A DNA stretch of 56,771 nt, counting the filler, from Platydemus manokwari (lineage: Eukaryota), in NCBI GenBank assembly GCA_037951405.1. It is 5 parts of 5 records of this genome, joined end to end, with 100 filler letters (N's around TTAATTAATTAA, not from the genome) between each part and the next. Parts side by side here need not be neighbours in the genome. Positions count along the whole stretch, not along the records: positions 1 to 10,877 come from JBBMOY011095518.1; positions 10,978 to 25,358 come from JBBMOY011449198.1; 3 more parts are not named here. One strand, 5' to 3'. Positions within the stretch are counted from its first letter, which is position 1, and every line of letters starts with the position of its first letter. The position numbers and the translations under genes were made by a program. A model generated the notes under the pieces. That model ran no database searches and was not told the DNA's origin. It saw nothing but the letters and a program-made list of their open reading frames with translations. This document shows positions 1 to 15,843 of the stretch, in pieces.

Positions 1-356
1 TAATGATATCATTTTTTTAATTTCTCTAATACTATTCTATATTTTCTAAAAAGAAAATGAAATTTTTTGATTGTCAGTTATTACACAAGACTGTCATGAT
101 CTGATCACAATGAAGTCATGGATAATAATAAAACAATCATATGTTGTATATTTATCAATCATTTAATGAACGACTGTATATATCTTGATAAAGGAGCCTA
201 CTTCCAAATATTGACATGTTAAAATTATGACATTTTTAATCTTTTGCAAAATCCACATATTATCACATGAATCCACTGTTCACTGAAGCATAAACTATAA
301 TATGATAATCGTGATTGTAAATGTAAAAGCCATGAATTAAATTTTCAGATATTTAC

Positions 357-3300
357 CGAGTGCAATATATTCTTCACTTTCACAAAATCGGTGAGAGGTT
401 CGTACAATCGTTCATGTTTCTCCAGACCGGGTTTCATAAAATCACCAAATATAAGAGGAACTTTGACAAAAGTTTCAGGTTCGATATTCTAGAATTGAAA
501 ATCGGGGGAAAATTTCTTGGAAAAATACTTTTACCTCGCCAAAATATTTTGATGCCATTTCTGAAACGATTTGATGAAAAAACATTTTATCTTCATGATT
601 TATTAATCGATCATGGAATACACGTTGAGCTTCATGACAAAATAGTTTGAACACAGATGATTTGTCTCTAACACTGGACGAATCGCATTGTAAAATTCCT
701 GAACAAATGAAAAAACAAAATATTATTTGAAATTCAAAATTAATTTCTTTCACCTTGAATACATTTGGAAAGATCACGTAAATTAAAAACATAATGCGAT
801 TTGGCAGGAGTGGGAAGTAAATCAGTGTACATACGATTGTAAATCTCAACTGCTGCAAGAACAATATTCTCGGTGCAACCTTTTACTGTTTGAGGAAAAT
901 CGGTAAAGAATCCAGACAAGATCGATGTGAAAATTTGTTTCAAACTGATTTCACTCGGAGCCGGAATCGAAAACATAGCAAAATGCCTTATCAATCGAGC
1001 AGAAACAGGATTTCTCCCTCCTCCAGGCGGTCCACAAGCTGCTGATAATGTCATATCCTAATTTCAACAAAAACTTAATAATTTTCAGATTAATAAGAGA
1101 TTAATTTAATTTAATTTAATTTAATTTAAACTTTACAACGATTACATAACATAAAGAAAATGATATTAAATTAATAAATTAATTAACTGGCACCTGAATC
1201 GTTATCCAATTAAGCTTGTCTCGATCATAAAATCCTCCAAAATCTTGATATTGTCGAAGTAATTCAATTGGTGGCTGGCTACCGTACGTATCCAATTTTG
1301 GCATATTAAGATCATCTATGAATATGATCACTCGTTTATTTGTTGGAGCTCCTAAAACTGCTTTGCGTTTCTTTTCTAATTTGTTTTCAATCATATCCTG
1401 AGTCCGATTGCTACTAGTTTGAGCGGAAAAATTTATGAAAACCGGTACATAACCAGCCTTATCACTGATATTATTCAATGTTCCTCTGGCCACAACAGAC
1501 TATAATCATTTTGATATTGCTTTAATTGAAGTGGCAATAAAAATTACTTTTCCAACTCCAGTTGCACCAGTAAACAACACGCTTTGTTTGACGTAGAGCA
1601 ATTTTTCTAATAAATATCCAAAACGAATTGTGTCCACTGTTGGTACGATCATTTCGAAAAAAGGTACTTCTTTATTAAATTTAAATGAAGGAACAACTCT
1701 CTCCCACAAATCCATCTTTCTCGTGTCAAGATCAGCATAAGAACTCCATAAATCACCTTGAGATGGCATCTAACAGAAACCAAAATCAAATATATTAAAT
1801 TGAAGATATAAATTACTCGGCAATCGCCATTATCTTCAAATTTATTTCTAATAAAGTTGTCAAATATATCCCAATTTGATTCATGAAGATTTCCACCGAT
1901 TCCCCACAAATAACAAAAAACGAACGCTATAGCTATCGTTGGATTCAGTTTCTGAGCATCCATATGCATATTTGGACAGCCAGGACCCGTCAGTAGGCTT
2001 TCTAATAACTTACACATGGTTTGAATTTTAGCTATGGAAACTTGAGCCATGGTTTGAATGCATTTGTTTTGTACGAATTTTAATCCATCATCAATGTATC
2101 TTTCGAACATATTTAACAAATAATCTCGAACTTCAGTTTTCAATTTGCTAGATAATGATTCTAACCAAGTCTATAAATATAAATTTCATTGCTAAGCAAC
2201 AACCTAGTCACATGTGTCGATAATACAACATATTAGAGACATTATATATAATTATTTTTATTTATATAAAATAGATTAGCATTTATTTATTTTATAGCAT
2301 AATATGAGATATCTATTTGATGTTATTTAATATGATTGATAATATATACCTTGACAAATGGTAGCCATCCCAGTTCTTCAGGATCAATGTAAACCATACC
2401 ACAACGACTGACAGTGGCCGGTGAAGCTACAGATAAATCTTGAACTTCAAATAACATATGAACAAAAGGTGTCAATTTTATCCTTTCAGAATTGGCTAAA
2501 CACAGCATTTTATTGTCATCCAAAACTGTGTTCATGTTTTCTATCCACAATGCATCAACAGGTCCATCACAAATTACCCACTGATGATCTTGAGTTGTGT
2601 CCTAGAATCATATTATCGAACATATCATCATTATTAATAACAAAATGTCGATAAACTTACCACACATGTTATTCTGACAACATATGGCATCAAACCATCA
2701 TGCCATTCGAGGGTGAGTTTATTTATTTCACCATAAAGTTCGCCCATTGTTATAGATTTTGGATTAAGAATATACATCTTTACTGGTTGATAATCTGGTC
2801 TTTCATCTGCTAAACCTGCTTCATTAAGATTTCCTAATACCTAATATGTTGTTCATTATAAAAGATAATAATTCCTATTTGATAATTTTAATGAACCTTT
2901 GCTAGAACATTATAAACTGTAGTTTTTCCACCACCGGTAGGACCAACCAACATCACACCATGTCGAACAGCTAAAGTTTCATAAAATTGAATAACTTTCA
3001 ACACCTGACTAGCATTGACTTGAAGACCTAAATCCACGATTACATGTTCGATTTCTTCTTTAAATCTTCCATAATCATGTTCTGGCAATTCAACACCAGG
3101 AAACAAATCTTGAAGAATGGCCTGTAAGAGGTTTAAATAATTTATAAGCAACATTTCAAATTTTAAATGCTTATTTATTCGAACTTTTTGTTTAGATAAA
3201 TAATTCAATGAATTATTCATTAAAGAGTTTTGGATCATTAATATTTTTCAGCTAAAACATGTTTTGTTTCTACTTCTTTCGAATTAGTTGATATTAAAGG

Positions 3301-3908
3301 AGATGGCAAAAATAAAAAATCAAATAAATAATTAGCTATGATAAGCTGATATATCGATAATTTTTGATAGCAAACAGACATTATCAGATTATGTCAAGAA
3401 ATGAAATAATGTTGACTATAACGATGACAACATTACACTGAATAGAGACTAATTGTTGGAAAAATAACAGCTAAAAATAATAATAGAATCAATCTAACCA
3501 TTAGTAAACAATATTTCAAAATATTTTCCAAGCATTTTATATTTTAATTCTAGATATTGAATGGATCACTCTAAATGAATTGATGAACTTTTTCAATCAA
3601 CTATTGAATAAATTAAAATGATTCAAATAGATTTGATGTGCGATGATAAAATATATCAATAAAGCTCAGAAAAACATCAATGAAAACATAAAACTATTTC
3701 ATGTTTTATTATATCGTGCTTAAATTGAAAATTCTTTGTGATCATTTGACTGCTTTCCGAAAAAGCCGGTTTAAATCGATAAAAACAATTTGCTTAAGTA
3801 TGTAAAATTATTTATTTTAGGCTCATCAATACTAAATGATATAAGGTGAAAATATTATTTTAAATTTTGATAATAAATTGCATTGTTAATATTCCTTATC
3901 ATTCAATG

Positions 3909-3941
<33 letters not shown>

Positions 3942-6821
3942 TCGATGGAAATGGTTTTCATTAATAATTTAAATTGAATTGATAATTATTTTTCATGGAA
4001 CTCGTACTCTAAATAGTTCGGCATCCTGTTTGAGAAATTTAGGCAAGTTACTGTCTCTGAGAGCTCTAATCAAAACAACATCTTCCGGTTTGTCTGGATT
4101 TTCTCGTTTCAATTGACCTGCCATAACCAGAACAGATTTCAAAGCTCTCATACCGAAATCATAATGATCTTGTTGTGACAGTTGTTCACTACACAATTTG
4201 TACATTTGAGTCATTTTTTGAGCTAAAGTCTTTGATGATTCAAAGCCTTCTGAATACAGAATTACTTCAGCAATCAATCCTAATTAACATGAAATTAAAA
4301 ATAAAAATTCGATTTCAACAATGCAAATTACTATAATCAGGGACCATCATTGCTATTGGTCGAAACAATGCTTTCAAATTATCAGGTAATTCAGTACGGC
4401 CAGCATAACCCGGATTCATTGTTATAAATGCAGCACATGTCATCACTAGTTTAATTTCTCTTCCCTCAAACATGAATCTTGTTATCTATATTATTAAGAC
4501 ATTATCAAAATGAACAAAATAAATATAAAATAAATATAAAAATATAATTCAATATTAATAAAAATTTATATATGAATTGAAAATGGCTTCTACAGAATTG
4601 CCTTTATCTTCAACAAAACAGTGCGATATCTCTATTATTTAATAAACTCGATCAACACAGATAAGAAATGAAAGAAATTCATTTTAAAACTCATCATATC
4701 TCGATATGAATGCACATTATAAATATCAATTGATTGATAATATTAATCGGAATATTGAGGAGATTTTATTGATCTTTGGAATCAGAAAGAGAAAGACAAT
4801 CATAAGAAATAATAATTAACCATCGTGATAAAAACAATCGAAAATAACATTTATAAATATTTAATTATTAATAATATTATCATTGAAATAATTAATAATA
4901 TTATCAATGTCAAAAATAAAAATTATTATTAATAATAATTATAATTTCTATGACATCTATAAATAATCTATAATAAAACTTATTTATTTCGAAACTTAAA
5001 CAGACGAATTCTAACATGATTATATAGTGATTATATTCATTTATATTTATAAATTATTTCAATATTTAATTTAAATAAAATTATAATCATTAATTGTAAT
5101 TAAATTAATCACTTAATTATTTACAGCCAAATAAATAAAAATATTATGATTATAAATAAAGATGATTTCAATAAATTCGTTACCTTGGCAGCTTTAGCAT
5201 TTCTAATAGTTATTAATTGTTGTGCAATAACGGATAACACTTCAATATCAATTCTGTTAAATTCATCAAAACAACACCAAGCACCAGATTGTGCTAAACC
5301 GGAAAAGAATCGACCCATCATTTTGTAATCAAGACCATCAGAACAATTAAATACAACACACTGTTTAGCAAGTGATTTAGCCAAATCCTTTGTTGTTTCG
5401 GTTTTACCAGTACCAGCCGGTCCAGCTGGAGCTCCACCCAAATCGAGTTGCAATGCTCCCATCAGACATAAATAACATCTAATTAATGTTGTCATTATTA
5501 TTCACAATAATCGCAATTATACCTGTCAGTTAAAGGCGTTATTACTAATCTAGGTGAACAACCTAAATACTCATAACCATATGTATATAATGAGTTTGAC
5601 ATTCGCACAACACAATTATCTAAAGAAGTATCCCAATAGTATCTTAACTGTTTCTGCCAATCAAAACTGTTTATGTCAGAGACTTTTTGTTTAACCATTT
5701 CAGTAACCATATCTCGTGCATGAACATTAACAGTGATAAGAGCACACAGTGTTGCTCTAAATAATTTTGGTAATTGTCCTCTAACAAGTCCGGCCAAATA
5801 ATTTAAATCTTGAAAACATTTCTTTTCAAAATCGCCCATTCCCTGAAGCCGTTCTTCTACAGCATCTTCTAAGATTGCACTGATTTCTCTACACCACATC
5901 ATTTGTTCCACTGTTAGCACTATTTGATTAGCATGAGCTTTAAGCCAGTCTTCTCTTTCTAAAGTATCGAATTCTGATATAGATTGTCTTAAAAGTTTTC
6001 TTAAATTTGTAAACATGGCTTCCTCAACCTTTCCTAACCATTCTTCTACATTTCCTCTAGCTTTGAGACCCTTGAAAATATAATATTTAATATCCGTTAA
6101 GATTGTAGATAACAGGAATTTACTTTTCCTAATGAAACCTTTTCGCCCTCAGGAGAAATCATGGCTAGAATATCATTGGTGAATTTGACCTCGGGAGTTT
6201 GAGCAGGCTGAGGACCTAAAATTTCGAAATATTTAAATTACTAAATTCCTATTTAATAGAAAATTAATAATATTAATAAAAATTAAAATATAAAACAATG
6301 TCAAAGGAAGACAATGCCATCGGTTTGAAAGTAATTAATTTAGAAATACCTTAAATCGTTGAGGATTGAAAATAAATTGAACTAGATATTAAAATTGATA
6401 AATGTGAGTGCAAGAAGGAAAAATGAAGAGAAATAACTAAATCATTAAGATTTTAAATAGATTTAGAGCAAATAAAAGTTTAATTTCTGGGATTGCTGAG
6501 GTCGACAGTTATTTAGGATATCCATTTATCTAAATAAGGAAAATCTATTCACTGATAAGTAACATCGGTTGATAAAAAATAAATTACGAATTCCTATAAA
6601 TGTTCAGAGACATTGAAATAACGTTGAGCATAAATTTTTGAACTTTATAGGAGTTTATAGGTGCGTTTATTCTAATTTTTAATTTTCAAATGCTGGATAT
6701 ATCTCTGAAATATAATCATTCAATTTATAAATAATAAACTCAATTAAATTCAAATAAAATTTGTCTTAAAGAAATATTTTACCTAGACCGTTTATGTAGG
6801 GTTCTCATATAATACAAAAAT

Positions 6822-6870
<49 letters not shown>

Positions 6871-9821
6871 CCATCTCTTATTTTACATTTATTTAGAAGT
6901 TACTTTCAAACAACAAAATTAATAATTTGAATTTTCATTTAATAACCAGAATTATCTATTCGATTTCCTAGAAGAGTTCAATTATAAACGTAATGGAAAG
7001 AGTTTATATATTTTATAATAATATTAATAAAATCATAATTTTTATAATTTTTATTTTAATACCTCCATCATGAGATTCAGTTTTTGGCATTTCGGCAATG
7101 GCAAATTCCAATTTAGAAATAGCATCGAAACATTTACGCAAATGAGGCTGTACTGCAAGCGGATTTCTAGTTTGTGCCAGTATTTCCAATAATTCATCGT
7201 TAGATAGAAAATAAAATCGTGGGAAAATGACTCGTTTCGATTCTAAATATGCCTCCAAACATTTTTGTATTTGGTCTAATAATTGATTGTTGTTCTTGAA
7301 TGTATCCAATAGACCAGGAGTTGTCGTTGCTCTCATTGCCAATGGCACTTTTTGAACTTTACGCATTATTTCTTTGTAAGATTTGTCGACAGACATGAAG
7401 CTCTTGGCTTCACTAGGTAATTGACGTTGAATATCGGGAGCAGAAAATATACTCTCCAGATATAACCAATTTCTTTGACAATTCAACCATTCTTCCTATT
7501 TTATTAAAACAAATCCAATGAATTAATTAATAAAAAATGATATCATTGTGATTAATGGGAGAATTATAAAATATAATCATTACCAAAGTCTTTCCGAACA
7601 GTTCTAAATTTTTGACCCACTCATCAACTCGGGGTTTGATTGGTCCAACGTGACGAGAAGAAGCAATGGTTGAAATATTGATATTCGAATCATCCCATAA
7701 TTGCTGTATTTCGTCAGTACCACCAAGAATAAATATATCTTTACTATCTTTATGGGGAAGAACAACATATTCAGTTGCTTGCCATGCTTCCTCAACCTGG
7801 CAATGATAAAAACAAATAAATAATATTCTAACAAACAGAACTATTTTATACTTTTTTCAACAGAGCCTCGAGACTTGCTTCTGAACTGGCTTGACCAGAT
7901 ATTTCTTCAATATCCTCATTATAATCGAATGCATTTAGTTCAATTAATTTTCCAAGAGTTAATTTCTCTTCACTTTCTGAAAATTTATAATTGATGACCT
8001 CTTCAAGTTGTTGCCAATGACGTTCTTGTAAACACGGATTCAATAGATTCGTTATTACTGACATCTTTATTTAATCAAAAAAAATAAAATAAATTCTTTA
8101 TTATAATGAACCTTTTCTCTCATCTGCTCAACTTTCTCTTTCAAAACCGGTACAACTTGATTAGGTGGTAGACCTTTTTCTAATTGAGCGACAATTTTAA
8201 CATATTTCGTAGTCTGTACACCCAGATCTTCTGGATTTAGTTTCATAAATTCCTCTCTCAACCATTCTTCATATCGACTATCCCATTCATCTAGTGAATC
8301 CCAAAGCATTTGTTTTAATTTCAGCTCAGCAGCCACTTCTTCCAGGTCTTCCATTCTGGCTTGCTCAACCTATATTAATATTAAAATTATCTAATAACAT
8401 CATTTAATATTATTTTTATCATTTCTCTGAATTTTATAAATTCAAATAAAATAAATTTATTAATTTGTTTGTTTTAAACGGTTTCATAAATATAAAATAA
8501 CTGAGTTTTTACTGAATTTATCCATATCGATTTCTTCGTATATTTATTAATAATATTATTATAAGAATACATTTTGAAAATGTATTTCATAGAGTGATTT
8601 TTGTCACCTGATGCTCAATATTTCATTTAGAGTTCACGAAATTTTAGACATTTCGTATAAAATTAACGCTTATATCGTTGTTTATAAATATTTGTACTCT
8701 CGAATTATAAAAATTTGTATTATTAAACTATATCAGAATTTCAGCAATAATACAGCCAATTTTATATATCCCGTGTTTACTGGCACACAACGAAAAATTG
8801 TATTATTTCGTTTACATTTCCACTTAGTATAATACTCGCATCAATCACATGATTGTCATCTTTTCAAACAAGAGGATTGGATGATGATGACAGATATCGT
8901 AAATTTTGAAAGATAGAAAAAATGTGTGACAAAGTGCCAGCAAAACTTCTGCATTCAGTAACTAATCGTATTAAAGTCGAATAAATAACTTATTTCCAAA
9001 AATCACGTGTGACTTTTAAATAAAATTAATTTTTGTCACAAACCACACACACACAAATATGAAACTCGAGATTTGTTCATAATTCTAACATTAATAAATT
9101 AATAAACAAACCAAACCTGTAACTAATTTAAAACAAATGAAAATAAATACCGATAAAATATTGGGAAAAGCACGTTTAAGAAATTCCTAATTATTTCAAA
9201 AAAATATCCAATATTATTCGTTGAAAATTGATGTAAAAATTCTACCAAAAATGAGTTAACTTTCAATTTAGTTCTGGCTAGAATTTGATCCTATGTAAAA
9301 TTACATTTTAATCATCATATAAAATAAACGACAAATAATGATTGAATCTCCTAACAATAACAATGATAACAATATCTTTCAAAAACAGTAACCTCCAAAG
9401 AAGAACCGGTAATTTTTAAAGTCATTTCCTATTCATAGAAATGTTTGAATAAATAAAACAATAATTTAAAAAATATTGAAAACAAACTTTGAAATTTCTT
9501 TGATAGGATTTGTAGGTGAAAGCTCGGTTTTGTAATTCATTCATTGTTGCTTTCAATTTTTCCAGTTCTTCTTTAACTTCATGCTTATTAGCTTTAATAT
9601 CAAGAATTAATGGATTCTGGAAACAGAAAAATAACTTATAGATATATCGATTGATGAAATCATAAAATTACATTTATTGCTTGTCTCATTTCTTTCACTT
9701 CTCGTTTCAATTCTGCAATATCCTTATCAAGAGATGCACAAAATTTGTCAATATTCCCATCTCTGTCAGCTAAAGCTTTATCGATTGCATTCTTGGCTCT
9801 ATCGATTGATGGATAAAGTGT
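357..9821 (-). CDS. DNAH6: Axonemal dynein heavy chain, DNAH6-like (multi-exon, partial: late tail/linker through AAA1-AAA3; both ends missing)
   Basis: Many GT-AG exons give dynein motifs: [53 protein letters not shown]1 GPAGTGKTE and [33 protein letters not shown]2 [12 protein letters not shown]3 [32 protein letters not shown]. The most 5' exons seen are 9672-9821 and 9488-9616 (not in the ORF track); the most 3' exon ends at a donor at 357. Subfamily assigned by recalled similarity. Confidence 0.93.
3908..3940. repeat. (TA)n(TG)n microsatellite in dynein intron
   Basis: Direct reading of the sequence. Confidence 0.95.
6827..6870. repeat. (TA)n(TG)n microsatellite in dynein intron
   Basis: Direct reading of the sequence. 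Confidence 0.95.
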
Positions 9822-10877
9822 CTGAATATTATTGATTTGATTATAATATTATTTTTGTTTTAATTCATTAATAATTATTATGAAAATATAATTAAAAAAT
9901 CATTTCAATTTTATTTTTAGTTATTATGAACTCAACAAGATAATTTTTATTGAAAATTCCAAGATTTTCGATTTCTTTTAATGATTCAAGCACTATTTGT
10001 AGTCTGAAGAGCTTTGCTTGAATTATAATAAAAGAAAAAAGTAAATGAAAAAAATATTTATAGAAAATTCAAGTATATGAAACGCGATTATATTATATTT
10101 GAAAACTCAATTGAGTAAATAAGTGCTTAGAATATTTTATTAATAACGAAGAAAAAATTATCGATTGATTTAATTGCAAATATGTATTTACTAATATTTT
10201 CAATACCAATAAACCAATTACAGACGGTGTGTCTTATAAAAGTAAGTAGTTGGTTCTTACTGATATTTGTCATTAAAAATATGAATTGTGATAATATATT
10301 TATGCAATCAAGTGTTTATACAAAAGGGTTGTGAATTTTATTTTATCTTTATTAGCTTCAAAAATTATATCACGATCACCAGAATGTGGTTTTAACATTT
10401 TCATTCATTAAAAGATCTTATAAAATTAATTAACATTGACAGAACAATTTGAAAATTTTAATAAATTATTGAAAACCTGGACTAAACGTTAGAAAATCTT
10501 CAGTTAATGTTGACAATGATATGTCGATATGACTTGTAAATTTCGAACATTTAAAATGCTTATAATGAAAAATATTTGATGAATTTCAAAATATGAGAAC
10601 AACTGGCACAATTTCGTGATATAAAATATGAAGATATAATTACAGATTAATTTAGATCAAATATGCAATTTATTTACGCTCAAAATATTTGCGAGTTGAA
10701 TTAATAAGAATAAAGATTAAAAAGACACATATCGATGAAAAGTAGGGACAAAAAGACAAAAAGAGAGTAAGTAAAAATGAGAAGAAGAAACTATGACGAC
10801 AAAGAAGATGAAGAAGATTTTTAAGTAGAAGAAAACGGACAACGAGAAGAAAAATAGAACAAAGAAAACAGCTGAAA

Positions 10878-10977
10878 NNNNNNNNNNNNNNNNNNNNNNN
10901 NNNNNNNNNNNNNNNNNNNNNTTAATTAATTAANNNNNNNNNNNNNNNNNNNNNNNNNNNNNNNNNNNNNNNNNNNN
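10878..10977. other. Assembly gap with artificial six-frame-stop linker
   Basis: N44-TTAATTAATTAA-N44, identical in all four gaps. Confidence 0.98.
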
Positions 10978-12029
10978 ATATCAAATATATTACTTACTAA
11001 AATTGTATGTAATTCGAGCTTGTTTAAGCTGGTTTAATACTAAAAAGATTTAAAACTAAATATGATAAAAATTTGGTATTTCAAAAGTAAATGTTCTTCA
11101 CCATAGCTGCTCATAAATTCCAAAAATAAATTGGAAAATTCAATTAAGATAAAACTACTGATTTTAAATCTATAATTAGTTAGTTACTGAAAAATCACTG
11201 ATCAAACTGAAAGGAATTTATGAGATTACCATTGAAAAAATGACAGCTTATAAAATACAACTGAATCAAGACACTTTTATGAAGATGTAAAAAATGAATT
11301 GATGACATATTTCTTGTTTAATCGAAATATCTCTGGGTTAATTAATGATTTAATGCCAGTGGCATAATAAGTAAGAAAAAGTGGCTTCCAACATTTAAAG
11401 AAGATGCGGAAATTATTGCAAAACATTGTAATAGTGAAATATTATTTTGTTCTTGGAAGTTGAAGAACAAGACATTAAAAATGAATAATATCATGAAATT
11501 TATTACCAAGTTTGGGAATTTTATTTGAACCCAGGGAATCAACGATTCTGAGAATTTCTAAAAATGATGAATGTCTACTACTATCATAATATCTACTTTT
11601 CAAAGTTAGGTGTTGGTGAGTCGAGCCAAAATATTTGATAAAACAGAATAAATTCACACTTGATCAGAAACCCAATCATGAAAACTGGAGGACAGATTTT
11701 GAATTCTCTCGATAATTTAATCCTTTTATTTTAACGAAATCAATTTTGTATGCTCGATATTAATGACCTCTTAGTCATATTGGGCTCGAAATATTAATAA
11801 GACTTTTAAAATGAATTGTATTGAAAAGATTTTAAAATCTTATCTTTGTTTAAATGATTAATGTTTAAATACTATTTGATTAGTTATCAAGGCGAACAAA
11901 AAATGAAACTAAGATTATACAAAGATCAAATTAGTAAGAATAACTACATGCTTTAAAATAAGAATCCACCAAATGGTCTCGTAATTCCTTTAAACATGTC
12001 TTTCTTTTTTTTATAGATCTGTCATGAAG

Positions 12030-12590
12030 ATTTTATTTAAAATTGTATTTTTTTGTTTAAATAATTGTATTTAAATAGAGCTTGTTGTCGTGACTTTTCA
12101 GTTCGTTTTTAATGCGTGGTTTTTAAATTAGTAGTGGCTTACATAGTCACCACGCATCTGGATTAGATTCTAAGAAGATCAATGACTGAGAATTATGGAA
12201 AAGATGGAGGAATGTGTTCAGACTATATAGATAATGTATAAAGAATGTATACGATAGATATATAGAAAATATAAAGAAGTTGTTGGACAGATATAAAGAA
12301 GATTTAGATAAGATATAAAAAATATATTAAAATATCGAAGAATTAGAGATTTTTATTTAGTTAAATATGGAGAGTATTATATACAATGTCAATTAAGAAT
12401 TCGAGGAAAATTTAACATTTTAAAGAAAAGGAGATAAATTTAAATAGGATTAATTTTTAAAAATTTAATTTTATATAAAATCATATTTTATATAAATTGT
12501 ATTTTTTGTTTAAATAATTGTATTTTTTTGTTATCGTGACTTTTCAGTTTTTTTTGTATGTGAATTTTAAAATAATGGTGGCTTACAATT
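12030..12590 (-). repeat. Interspersed repeat family, copy A (about 445-bp unit plus start of a second unit; TGTAAGCC start)
   Basis: Direct repeats about 12040-12143 and 12495-12587. Core GATGCGTGG..TGTAAGCC..TACTA..AAAAACGAACTGAAAA recurs at about 24135 and 31297. Confidence 0.7.
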
Positions 12591-15500
12591 ACAAATTCTA
12601 ATTTAAGTGGACATTTTATTTGTAATATGTAAGTTCACATTCACGCATTAAAATGGAAGAGAATTTTTGCTAATCTTACTTTCAGAAATTTGTGAAGAGG
12701 TTTACTAGAAATGCTAAGAGAAAATCAGTAGATTCCATTTCTGTTGACCAAAGCTTCTATTGCTACAAGTCAAGCATAAGCATAAAAATAAATATTATTA
12801 GAATAAAGATTCAAAGAACCTCCGTTGAAAAATACCAATGGGATCAATGAAACCAGATGTATAATCTGCATTAATATTTTCACTATTTTAGAATGCACTT
12901 AAGAAATCTATATTAAAGTCTAATGTCAAAGATTGGATACAGAAGATATGTGGTTAACTCCAATTGTGCATTACCTGCTAATTTATTTAATAATTTTTAA
13001 TGGAATTAGTAATTTTATGTGAGGATAAGAGAATTTTATTTTTCATTATACCCAAATTAATGAAAACATAAAAAGGCGTCTAATATCTGATCTACAGTAA
13101 TATTGGTTAGGGGAAGAACTGGAAATGTAATAAATTCATAATACTCCTCGAATCATAAGTGCCGCTGAATTAGATATAATTTTTTTTCCTAATGCATCAT
13201 GTAATTATAGGTCTAATAATGATTAACGGATATTTTCTATAGAATTCTTAAAGATCTCGATCAATTTTACTGCAATAAATAATTTATGAAATAATTAAAA
13301 GTATGTAGTTGGCAATTTTTAATATCTAAAATCAACAAAATTCATGACATTGATAATTCTAGTCTACGAATTAAACATCAATAATATATCTTTATGTGTG
13401 AATATTCTTACTTTGTATGAAGTATAACATTCAAACATGTGGTAAAAATAGATTTAAATTAGCATTTTCCCATTAAAATATCCTAATTATACTAAATTCG
13501 AAAATATGTTCACATTTATTTAATAATCACTACTAGATTGGGATAAAATATTCATTATCTCAATGCCGATTTCAAGATGATCTCATTAAATTTGAGAGTT
13601 GTAAAACTATTTCCCACTTAAGAGTAATCCTTGACAAAAATATCGCTTATTGAAAGGGAATCATTTTAAATATATTATTTTTTCTATACAAATGCATGAG
13701 TTATGTTGGTTTTCCAGCACTGACCATTTTTGTAATCCTTTCGTTTCATCGGCATCCACTAGTATTTCAAATTCGTAATTCCTAACTTGTTCACCAGTGG
13801 TATTCGAACCAGAGTATTTAATATTGCTTAGTATTAACTAGATGGTATCAGTTGTAGATTTCAAAGCACCATGACCTTCCAAAAACAAATTAAATCCAAA
13901 CAACTTATCGAAACTACATGATGATTGCACTTATTTTTTCAAATCAGTTACCGGAGAATCTCCGCTTTACATCTCTAATTTTATAGAAGAGCTTAAAGAT
14001 TATAACGTTATTTACTCGTGAGTAACTGGCCATAATGTAAAATAATTGTTTTTATTAACCATTTTAGATTAAGAGACCAGTTTAGTTTTATTTATCAATA
14101 TTCGTGTCGATTAAATCTTGTAGTATATTAGGATCAGTGTGTGCCAGTAACTATAATGCCGAGTATTATTGTAACCATGACAACTTAATTGCCTATAATT
14201 GAAGGCCATTATTTAACATATTATGATTGCGATGGGTTATATTTATTTTGATGAATGTGAGTCGATATCAGTGTATTTATATTGATTTCGTCAAAGTTAA
14301 TTAGAATATCATTTTTAAATTAAAGACAATGCAATTCAAAAACACTGCTTTGTAATCTAATGAAGAATTTATTGAGTAAAAAAATACAATCAATACAATA
14401 GAATCAACCCTTTATATCAATCCGTCAATGGTTCTACGATATGTTGAGTGGCATTGGATTTATCAGTTTATTCTCCACATTTTTCTTCACACAGACTCGA
14501 CACAACATTGTAAGAATATAAGAGTAGATGATAACATAATAATTAAAACAACAAAAATATTCTTTACAATCAATACATCGTTTAATATATCATCAAAAGA
14601 TATAAATATTGATTTTATTAATTTATTGTGTTTATCTAAATTCAGTGAAGTGAAGAATAATCGTTCTGGCGCGAAATTATATTGGGTAGTTTTTAAACTT
14701 AATTTGGTCTAGTAAAAAAATTTGTAATATTAAGTTAGACTCAATTATGGATAACAAAAATAATTAAATTGTCCGTGTTTAGGAGTATTTGAAGCCTCGA
14801 TATTCTGCGCTGTGGTTTCGTAAATTAAAACAAAAGCTTTAATTTGAATTTATTTATTTATTAAATTAAAATATTCATATTATTATTATTATCATTATTA
14901 TTATAATATTATTATTATTATTATTTTATCAATATTTTATTATATATTTATATTATTATGAAAAATAGATTATCTAATAATAAAAAATTACTAATCGATA
15001 ATTATAAATAAAGGATTACATGAAGAATCCTACAAAACACTATAAGAAATGAACTAAATCGATAAATATGGTAGATTAGATTTCGGAATTAGAATATTTA
15101 TTAATAACATAATAAATAAAGCTTACAAATATCACAATAACGATATTAATTTTAAAATTATCAAATCACGGAAATTATTTTAATAAAAAAATATTTTTAA
15201 TCATTTCATGTCGATAATCATGAAGTGGAAAAGTGCGGGGTTATTTTTAACCTCTGGCAAAATTTAAATAAATAATAGATAATTTTCATTAAAATTATTT
15301 AATGAAAATTTATCAGTAGAAATTATTGATAGAATTTCAAAAATAAAATCTAGTTTCACTAAACTAATTCTTTTAACAAAACCATTAAAAATTTAATTGC
15401 TAACTCAATCAAAGTTCGATCTACCAGTTAGCAAGAACCAATTCCAGGTTTTATAATTTTATTCCAATCTAAAATAATTAATGAAAATAAGAGATTTATT

Positions 15501-15843
15501 TGCAGAGAAAACTCTTCCAATATACGTCCATATCTGTAATAATAATACAACAAAATATGTGTTCTGTAACAGATCTAATAAAGATTTCGAACTCATTGAT
15601 TTGATAATTATCAGAAGGTAAAAAGGAAAGAAAAATATAGTTAATTTTTCATTATCATCTAACCTAAAAATGTATTTTTTGTTTTAATTCTGCATAATGC
15701 ATATTAGGAATTATAGATATTTCGTTTGGTCTGTTTTGACCGAAAATCGAACTACAAAAACAACAATCAAACGAGCATTTATTATGTGATGTAAAACACG
15801 TTTTAAATCATCGTATATGCTAAAACAAATATATCAACTACCG

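Noticed and set aside
360-5328. Plus-strand ORFs 360, 2421 and 5146
   Set aside because: Antisense shadows of dynein exons
11000-14720. Coding-like patches, possible Polinton or viral relics
   Set aside because: No recognisable motif; too degraded to call
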